Shown here: in pieces, positions 54,441 through 64,000 of the stretch
Position numbering within the stretch: position 1 is the stretch's first letter
Layout of the letters: each line of letters starts with the position of its first letter
Position numbers and translations under genes: made by a program
Assembly (NCBI RefSeq): GCF_009914755.1
Contig: NC_060930.1
Reading direction: 5' to 3' (one strand)
Source of the DNA: the human T2T-CHM13v2.0 reference genome, Homo sapiens
Length of the DNA: 64,000 nt
The notes under the pieces: generated by a model
Seen by the model: the letters and a program-made list of their open reading frames with translations, nothing else
Databases searched by the model: none
Told to the model about the DNA's origin: nothing

Positions 54441-57400
54441 AAAATTGTGAACCATTAGGTAAGAGACCGCACCAAACAAAAGAAAGAGGACATCCATCTC
54501 ACAATGGACAATCACATAAGACATGTCATTTCTCTCTCCCTCTTTCCTGCTGCATACTTCAAAGAAGCTGTCTTAGAGAAGAGGGAGAAAGATGAGAGTT
54601 TTGTGATGGCACCTCCTCCCCACACCCACACTCTACTTTACTTCAGCCACAGCTATAGCATGCCCTGAAAGGATAGAAAGAGAACTTGAGTTCATAAGAA
54701 ATTGGAAGCTTAAGTTAAACGGATTAAACTATAAATATCATGATGAATACAATTATTGTTATTATTATTTATTTACCTTCTAATTTCATACTGTTTTGTG
54801 TACCAGTGATGCATATATAAAATCTATCAGAATAATTACAAGTTGTGTTAGACTTATATCTTTTATATCCAGAAGCTTTCATATTATAGCATTTCTTTTA
54901 ATTTTTTTAAATTGGCAAATTTCATAATAGTTTAATCTATTTTTACAACATAGAATGATTTATATTATTTGATATGTTGATTTAAGATACTCAGGCAAGT
55001 AGGAAATAGGCTTTATGTTCCATTATGTAGATAAAAGATTGGCTTTATTCAGCTGCACAGTCTTTTGGTTTAGAATTAGAAATGGTTGACATAAGGAAGA
55101 CTTTTATGAATAATTGTTCATTGATATTGGTTCAGTTATAGTTAGAAGCTTGCAATAAAGAAAAAATAAATCTCATTATTATATTTTATAAAGGAAAAAT
55201 TTGAATAGTAGAGATGAGAAAACTAGAGAAATTTTCTGGTATTTAGAAATATATTCTGCATGAAGATTTGATTAAGTGGAAGTAAGGTGAATTAAATGAG
55301 TTTTTAAATGGGAATAACTTTGAAGACATTTAATAAAAACCTGTAAGTCTGATTCTAAGAGTCTGTATTTTCTACCAAGTCTTATAGATTATCCTGAAAT
55401 ACTAATATATTGTGATATTGTATATTTTTGTATAGTTTGTTGTGGAACTATTGCTTTCTCCCTAGTGAATTAAATGGATATATAAGGGAATTAAGCAGTA
55501 TTTCTCAGATTTCACAATAACAATGATTTTTTTTTTAATATTATTGCTTGTGTGTTGGTTAGACAACTTTACTAAATGTGGCTAATGCTGTCTTCAGTAG
55601 TAATAATTCAACATTATCTACAAATTCAATATAAATTTTGGTTGTGTGTTCTTGAGATTAAATTCTCAATATATGATCATTGTATTATTTAAGAAAGTTG
55701 AATAATAAATGCAAAAAGAACTATTAAAGAGGATTATTCAATATGCAGAAATCTAGGTGTAAATATCACTTTACTACATCCTAGTGATATACAGAATACA
55801 ATTAACTCAAAACATTTGTTACTCTCACTCCAAACACATGGACAGTCCAGAGGAAACATAATAGAATATTTTAAATGCAGCTCTACAGCAATAAAGGGAA
55901 CTTCCACAACCTAGAAATAAAGAAGGAAAAAATCCCATAATAGAGCCCAAAAGCAAAGCCACAAATCTTTTGGGAATATTGATATAGGGTGATTTCCTTG
56001 GGCAGAGTTTCAGCTGATAAATAAATTAGTATTCTGAGTCCAAAATCTCATTTCTACTTTGGAGTTAAAAAAACAACAAAAACAAAAACAAAAACAAAAC
56101 AAAACACTTCAAGGAAGGGCAGGCTGTTTCATGTAACAGTCTAAAAGTAATTTCAGTCCTTGACCACAGAACAGATCAAATAAATGGCCCACTCATGGTG
56201 GGGAGTGTGTGGGGTAAAAAGTGCTGCTGGCAAGAAACTGGAACTCAAGCTATTAAATGCTGGCATGGGTCTATATGCACATTAACTGTGTTATTTAAGT
56301 AACCTATGATGGGAAGGCTACACAAGTAGATAACTCAGAGGAGAAAGATAATCACATAGAAAGAAAGTCAGCTGAAGAATATTTCACAGCATAAATTACA
56401 AACTTTATGAGACAGTATCCTAAGATGAAACAAACATGAGATTCAACACACAAAGAACAGATACCATATTAACATGAGAGATACTTTAAAATATGTGTAC
56501 TAATGTGTTCAAGAAGACAAATTATAAAATACAATTGATACAGCAAAAGTGGTGCATTGTGGAAAAGCACATAGATTTGAAAAGGAACAAAAAGCAAAAT
56601 AAATTTTTTTAAAAAATTAAATATTAAACTTTGGTGTGATACACTGTATACAGAGCTGAAAAGGAAAAACCTGCCAAAAGTGGCACAAAAGCAAACTTGT
56701 AACCATTAGCAAGTTATTTAATATATTTTTAGATTTGATTATGATTTTTAGGAGTAAAATGTAAATTACATAGGTCCTGCCACTTATTAGATGTACAATA
56801 ATAATAATATTATTGTGTGTTATTATTATCAAAATGTGTTGTAAAAGATAAAAGGATGGTAATGGAGAATAGAATGAGAAGATCCTGCACTGATTTATAA
56901 TTAATTCCATTAAGGTACAATAAAAATGAGTGCCAGACTACATTTGAATTGATTATGGATAATTATTTTTCAGAATGGATGATATGGATTCTAAGATTGA
57001 AGAAGCACTAAAATAGAGACATTAAGTGATACTGCAGAATATCTAGATAAAGGGGGAAAAGGATGCTAAAAGGTACAAAGATGCTAAATTCAAAAGAAAT
57101 GCAATTAGAGTTCACATCAGCATTAGAATGCCAAAGGACAGTGACATATTTTAATTGTTAAACGAAAATATGCCTAAATTATATTAAATTTCCCAATTGT
57201 GTTCTAAATTATGTCTATTTTTTAGGATATATAGAAGTGTGTATTTGATGTTTAATCAGGTAGGTCCAATTCTCTGAGAAAAAAATTCAGACTTGGATTC
57301 GTTATTTTGTAATCTGTGTTTCATAATTCCATTATCTGAGGTGCCTACTGATCTGTCTCTGTTGTTTTTTGTTGCTGTGAATTCCTACTTAATTTTTATT

Positions 57401-58199
57401 ATTTCTTCATGTGACTGCTTATCTTTTATCTTGAGATGGACATTGTATTTGAAAAATTATAAATAGAAAAAAAAAAAAACGGTCTCCAGGATTTTATCGT
57501 CTTTCACAGATGCTTCTCATTTTCTCCTGCCCAAGTGCTTAGTGGCGCAGCATTTCTGGATCATCTTGTGAGGGTCACTATATGTCCTGTTTGCCTGGGG
57601 TAAGCCTGATTTCTTCCAATTTTACTGGCATCCCATCTGGTTTAGCTTTTTTATGAATTTTTGTTTTTAATAGATAATTATGAACAATTGTGGACTTAAA
57701 AGAAGCTGGGGTGGACTGGGTTAACCTCTGTTTTTACTGATGCCCTAGAAGGATATGCAGGTTTTAAAAGCAGAAGTTAAACAGATTCTTTTAAGAGAAC
57801 AGTTAAAATGAGAATGACATGTTCACATTCCTAAACTGTTCAAGACACAGAGGAAACTTAGGGACTATCTAGTAAAGTGCTAAATGTATCTACACATTGC
57901 AACAGCAGATCTAAGTTAGCTGCAAATCAAATAAATGTTTAATCTCATGAGTTGCTGAATTCTGAATTGCAGAAGTAAAATACACAGCATTAATAGGACT
58001 CAAGCAAAATGCAGGAATGCTGATAAGGAAGGGTTGGGGCTGTGATAATAGGAAGGGTATTTGATATCTAAACTGGAAATATGTGCAGTAAATAAGAGGG
58101 AGTGAAGATGAATTGCACCTCCCTGACAGCTGGACCAGTTGTTTGTCCCTTTCACATTGAGGAGGTTGATGCTTTCCTTGAACATCCCACCTGAAGAAG

Positions 58200-58865
58200 T
58201 TATCTAACAAGGTGAAGACAATTCAGCTCAGGCCTCACCAGTGACTAGTTTTATTTTCTCTTATTTGAAATTATAGTCAGATTCCAGCACATTTAGGACA
58301 ATTTTACTCTCTTACCTCAGGTTTATATCAACTCTCCATCTCTGTACCATGATTTAGGCTTAAGATTTCTGACTGGACATGTTGCTGGCCCATTAGAGTG
58401 ACAACTTTATGCCAACAGGTCCCAAAGTGCAGGAAGTAACAGAAATCTAGAAGCTCAAATAACAAACAGTCTAGGTAGCTGGTGTGTGCCAAAGCAAAGA
58501 ACAAAAACCTCATACAAAATACAATGGCTTGCTTCCTCAGTGAAATTTCGAAGGGCCTAGTGGTCTGTAGAGATATCTCTTGCACAATATTAAAACACAC
58601 ACATACACACAATTGTATTTTACTTAGTGTCACCTTGTATGTGGATTATTAGGATGTATTTAATTGATGTGATGAGAGGTTGCTATTAGGGATCTAAAGA
58701 TTCTCTAGGTGTGATGCCGATTTGCGTTAAGACCTAGACAGACAATGCAGATTGGTATGCCTTTTAGAGGCTGTAGGATGAGACAGTATAAAATCATAAT
58801 AAAGCCTCTGCAGCATTTTGGGAAAGAAAAGCATGCATTCTTCAGCAAATAATTGTTCTTAGCTG
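58200..58865 (+). mobile_element. ERVL pol (RT) relic
   Basis: Degenerate matches to ERVL RT motifs: LVHYIDD ('ctggcccattagagtgac'), KIQGPATSVKFLG ('aaaatacaatggcttgcttcctcagtgaaattt') and PLGFWSK. Confidence 0.55.
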
Positions 58866-59228
58866 TGTACTTAGTACATGTGCAAAGATACTGGTTAAAG
58901 TTTATTCATAATAAAATTGGAAACATACTAACTATAATATAATAACAATTACCTACACACGTATGACATGTAATCACAATCACAAAAGATGACAGTTGTG
59001 GATTTTCATGGAAAGATGTCATATAACAATATCATACATAGTATGATGTCAGTTTTACATAGTACCTGGCGCATATTAGGTATTCAATAATATTTACTTA
59101 TTGATGAGTAAAAACAGCAAAACCTTTGTTGTATTAAAAAAAACAAAAGACATTGTTTTTCGAACATAAGATTCCCTTGCTATGACACCCTAGTTTTCTT
59201 TTCCAGAGAACAAGTTTTTGGTCTTTGT

Positions 59229-59270
59229 ATGTGTGTGTGTATGTGTGTGTGTGCGTGTGTGTGTGTGTGA
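59229..59270. repeat. (TG)n microsatellite
   Basis: Seen directly. Confidence 0.9.
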
Positions 59271-59309
59271 TTTTTTTTTAACATGAGAGCATATTTTCTC
59301 TCTTGTGTT

Positions 59310-60500
59310 CCTCACATCATATTTGCTCTTTCCACCCACTGCAATCTGGTTTTCACTTCTATATTCTACTAAAATATTCTAAGATATAAAATGATCTTTT
59401 AATGGCTATATGCAGGGATCTCTTAGCAGTCTCACTGTAATTGCTGCCTGTCTATTTCACTCTGGGCATCACCCTCTGCTCCTTTCTGTGGTTGCTCAGA
59501 TAGCAACAAATGTTTGCTTTCTCGCCTCCATGACACTCACTGCTCCATCATTTCTGTTTGCTCTTCATCCTTTGCCTGTTCTTTTAATATTGGTGACTTT
59601 CCCCATTTTTTAAACCTCTGTTTTTCTTCCTCCAGGGTTTTATCACTCCTATAGGTACCATTTTATACACTAGATAATTCTGAAAATATGTATCTACTGA
59701 GCTCTCTTTTGAAAGATTTCAGATTTAATTTATTCACTTCATTATTTTCTTCCCTCTTCTCAATCTTCCTCCTACTTCTGGATTCCCAATCTTAGTTAAT
59801 GACACCTTCCTCCCCTGACATGCAAATCAGAAACAAAAGAGTAATCTCCCCCTCGTCCTCTAATAACACACAAAGCATTTTGATTTCACTTCATTAACGT
59901 TTCTCGCATTCATCTCATCCTCCCCATTCTCATTGCTTCTCCCTTACATTTTTGCGCCAACATTCTCTCTCTAGATTATTGCAGTGACCTCTTAACTGTA
60001 AGAGTTACCTTCTAATTTACCTCTTTTGAATTCATACCACAACTGCTAGTTCAGTAACATTGCAAATGCTACTCTGACTTTGACTTTTTTTTACTTTAAT
60101 CTGAGAACATTTCCTGTTGACAATTCTTTAAAAAAGGCTTAACTTTTTCTACAGAACTCACAAGCATCTGTGACTGTCTACCTTTCTAGATTTAATTTCA
60201 TAATGCTATTTTCCAAACTAGTTGTCTTCATTATAGAGAGTTATTTTTCACACCATCTTGACTCTGTAATTTAACTTTTTATGAATGAATGACCATTTTA
60301 ACTATTCTCCTCTTTCTTTACTTTTTCATTTTGTGACATTTTTTTCTATGACACAGAGAACTACCTTTACTATATTATGTTATATGTGTTTATTTTTATT
60401 GCTGTTTGGGGTTGAGTATTTCCTCATGATATTTAAAAGGCATCTTAACTTCAGGAAATTCACAAGTAAAGCGTTCCTTAATCTCATGCAGAATAAATTT
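59310..60500 (+). mobile_element. L2 ORF2 relic
   Basis: 'ccactgcaatctggttttcac' (LQSGF motif), 'ctagattattgcagtgacctcttaactg', pyrimidine-rich body. Confidence 0.7.
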
Positions 60501-61044
60501 TTAGGCACTAGTTTTATCTATAATATCTAGTTTGTTTGATCTCCAGAAGTGGACATATTCTTTCTGTCTCTTTGCCAGTTTCCTTTCATGAACTCAATCC
60601 TGGATTTCATTTTAAATTAGTACTTCCCTTACATCAGAAATTTTAGTCTCCTTTAACGAGATGGTTAGCACAGCCTATAAATGATAAAAAAGTATTTTCC
60701 TCTTTGATTTGCAGATACATATACCTACGTAGACACACAGCCAATAGAAAAAATTTTTTGGCTTAGAATTTATTGTAAGCCTGGAAGGAGAAACTAATGT
60801 CCTATGTTATCTTCAGTGAATATATAAAACAAAGCAAACTATAATATGCGGAAGACATGGGTCATGTTAAAACATGCCATGAGGGATATTGTTTTCTTAT
60901 TCTTCAATGTTCCATTTTAGAACCCAAACACGGTAATTCTACTCCACTCTCTCTATGCATATAACCTGGAAAGTAATTTTTAATACTAAATTTTACAGAA
61001 ACATAGTAAGATTTCTTTTTGATGAAGTAAATTTATTTGTATAT

Positions 61045-64000
61045 TCTTTTAATATATTTTTTGACTGACATAACTGCATACATTTATGGGGTACAATGTG
61101 AGGTATATATATATATGTATATATATATACACACACACACACACAATGTAGAATAATTAAATCACGCTAATTAGCATATCCATCACCTTGCTTATATATT
61201 ATTTTAATGATGAAACATTCAAAGTTTCCTAAGTTATTTTGGAATATATAATATATTACTATTGAAAATAGACACCCTGTTGAGCAACAGAGCTAAAAAT
61301 CTATTTCTCCTGTCTATCTGAAGTTTTGTACCCTTCGATTATCTTTTCATTCCCTTCTTTCTTGCCTTCCCACTCATTCACATATCTCTTGATAGGCACT
61401 TAGATTGTTTCCGTATCTTGGCTCATGTGACTAATGCTTCAATGAACATGGAAGTGAAGATATCCCTCTGACATATATTGATTTCAGTTCCTTTGTGTAT
61501 GCACTCAGAAGAGGGATTACTGGGTTGTATGGCAGTTCTATTTTTAGGTTTTTTAGTAACTTTCATGCCATTTTCTATAAGGACTGTAATAATTTACATT
61601 CCCACCACAATGTATAAGAATTCCTCCTTCTTCACATCCTCTCATTTGTTGTCTTTCATCTTTTTGAAAAAAAAAAAAAAAACTTCTAACAGGTGTGAGG
61701 TAATATGTCATTGTGATTTTAATTTTCATTTTCCTGAAAATTAGTGCTGCTGAGCATTTTTAAAATGCATCTATTGACCATTTGTATGTCTTCTTTTCAG
61801 AAATATCTGTTCAGCTCCTTTGCCTCAGCTTACAAAACGCTAGAGTTATTTGAGTTTCTTATATATTTGGGGTATTAACCCATGATCAGATGTATGTTTT
61901 GTAGATAGTTTCTGATATTCAGTGAGTTGTCTCTGCACTTTGTTAACTGTTTCCTTTGCTTTGCAGAAACTTTTTAGTTTGAATTCATCTAATTTGTCTA
62001 TTTTTTCTTTTGTTGACTGTGCATTCAAGTTTATATCCAAAAAAATCATTGTCCAGACCAATGTCACAGTGATTTTACCCTAGATTTTTACTAAAACTTT
62101 TACAATGTCAAAAGTTTTATAAAGTTTAGATTTATGTTTAATTCTTTAATCCATTTTGAGTTGATTTTTTAATATGGTATAAGGTAAGGGTCAAATTTCA
62201 TTCTTCCTTATGTGGATAGCATTTTCCCATCACTATTTATTACAGAGATTTTTTTTTGTCTCCTTTTTTGTTCTTGATACTTTTGTTAAAAATCAGTTGG
62301 GTTTTTTTTTTTTTTTTCTGGGCTTTCTGTTCTATTTTATTGGTCACTGTGTCTGTTTTTATGCCAGTGTTGTGCTGTTTTGTTAAAATAGCTTTCTAAT
62401 AAATTTTGAAGCCAGGTAGTATGATGCCTTCAGTTTTGTGGTTTTTGTTCAAGATTATCTTGACTATTAGATATTTTTGTCATTCTAAACAAATTTAAGA
62501 ACTTTTTTCCATTTCTGTAAAAAAGGACTGGAATTTTGTTAGGTATTACATTGAATTTGTGGATTATTTGGGGTATTGTGAACATTTTAATAATATTAGT
62601 TCCCACTATGTTTTTAATCTCATTACTTGTTATTGATCTGTTCAGGTTTTGGATTTCTTCCTTGTTCAATTTTGGTAGGTTGTATATATCTAGAAATTTG
62701 CCTATTTCTTCTAGATTTTCCAATTTATTGGCATATAGTTGCCTATAGTAAGTAGCCCCTAGTGATCTTTTGGATTCTGCAGTATCTATTGTAATATTTC
62801 CTTTTTCATTTTTGATTTTATTTATTTGGATCTTCTCTCTTTTTTCCTTTGTTTATCTGGCTAAGGATTTGTCAATTTTGTTTAACATTAAAAAAACTTC
62901 TTGTTTCATTGATTTTTTGTGTGTTGTTTTTTAATTTCAATTTTATTTATTTCTGCTCTCATCTTTATTATTATTTTTTCTTCTACTAATTCTCAATTTG
63001 GTTTGCTCTTGCTTTTTTCATTCTTTAAGATGCATTGTTAGAATGCTCTTTTGAAGTTTTTCCTGTTTTTTTGATGTAGGCACTTATAACTATAAATTGC
63101 TCTGAGTACTGCTTTTGATGTATCCCACAGGCTTTGGTATGCTGTGCTTCAATTACCATTTATTTCAAAAAGTTTTTCAATTTTCTTCTTAATTTCTTCA
63201 TTGACCTACTGGTCATTTGGGTGCATATTGTTTAATTTCAGTGTATTGTTATAGTTTCCAAAATTTCTCTTGTTATTAATTTCTAGTTTTATTACATTGT
63301 GGTCAGAGAAGATAACATTAATATTATTTTACTTTTTGAATGTTTTAGGAACTTGTTTTGTCACCTAACATATGGTCTACCTTGCAAATGATATATGTGC
63401 TAAGGAAGAGTATGTATTCTGCAGCTGTTGGATTAAATGTTCTATAAATATCCATTAGATCTATTTGGTCTGTAGTGCAGATTAAGTCTGACATTTCTTT
63501 GTTGATTTTTCTATCTAAAAGATGTGTCTAATTATGAAAATGTGGTGTTGAGAGCATGGGGTGTTGAAGTATTCAGCTCTTACTGTATTGGGGCTTACCT
63601 CTCTCTTTAGATCTAATAATATTTGCTGTATATACATGGGTGCTCTAGTGTTGGGTGCATGGATATTTAAAATTTTTTATCCTCTTGCTGAATTAATCCC
63701 TTTTATCATTATATATTGACCTTCTTTATCTCTTCTTATAGTTTTTGTCTTGGAATCTATTTTCTCTGATATAGGTATAGCGACTTCTCTTTTTTGGTTT
63801 CTATTGACATGGAATATCTTTTTTCATCCCTTCATTTTTAGTCTATTTGTATCTTTACAGGTGAAGTGTGTTTCTTTTAGGCAACAGAACAATGGGTCCT
63901 GTTTTTCACCCATTTAGCCAGTTTATGTCTTTTGACTGGAAAGTTTAGTTCATTTACGTTCCATGTTATTATTGATAAGGACTTACTCCTGACAATTTGT
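61045..64000 (-). mobile_element. L1MA-type element(s): 3' UTR and ORF2 with internal deletions, running off the window
   Basis: 'catttatggggtacaatgtga' 3' end complement. ORF2 peptides KIDKLDEFKLKSFCKAKETVNKV and ENLEEIGKFLDIYNLPKLNKEEIQNLNRSIT. Confidence 0.92.

Overview
AT-rich primate genomic DNA, most likely hominoid (Alu, L1PA and LTR12C are all present). I find no credible host protein-coding gene or RNA gene. The window is a patchwork of transposon relics: ERV1/ERVL/MaLR LTRs and proviral fragments, L1, L2, Alu, MER5/MER58 DNA transposons and microsatellites. Every ORF with recognisable homology is decayed retroviral gag/pol/env or L1 ORF2. I cannot support a new biological system here. 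The notable signals are structural: (1) a HUERS-P3-like (LTR9/MER61-group) provirus at 3074-9582 whose U5-PBS-gag-pro block is inverted and flanked by deletions; (2) a ~290-bp micro-inversion at 42.7-43.0 kb that splits an MST LTR and an ERVL integrase, supported by the displaced TSD; (3) a fold-back inverted duplication at 53242-53484; (4) a near-perfect 72-bp tandem duplication and an 84-bp dispersed duplication; (5) a left-monomer Alu with its own tail and TSD inside env; (6) a twin-primed L1PA; (7) an intact CpG-rich LTR12C. Subfamily names come from recalled consensus sequences and need RepeatMasker/Dfam confirmation. Boundaries of old elements are approximate.
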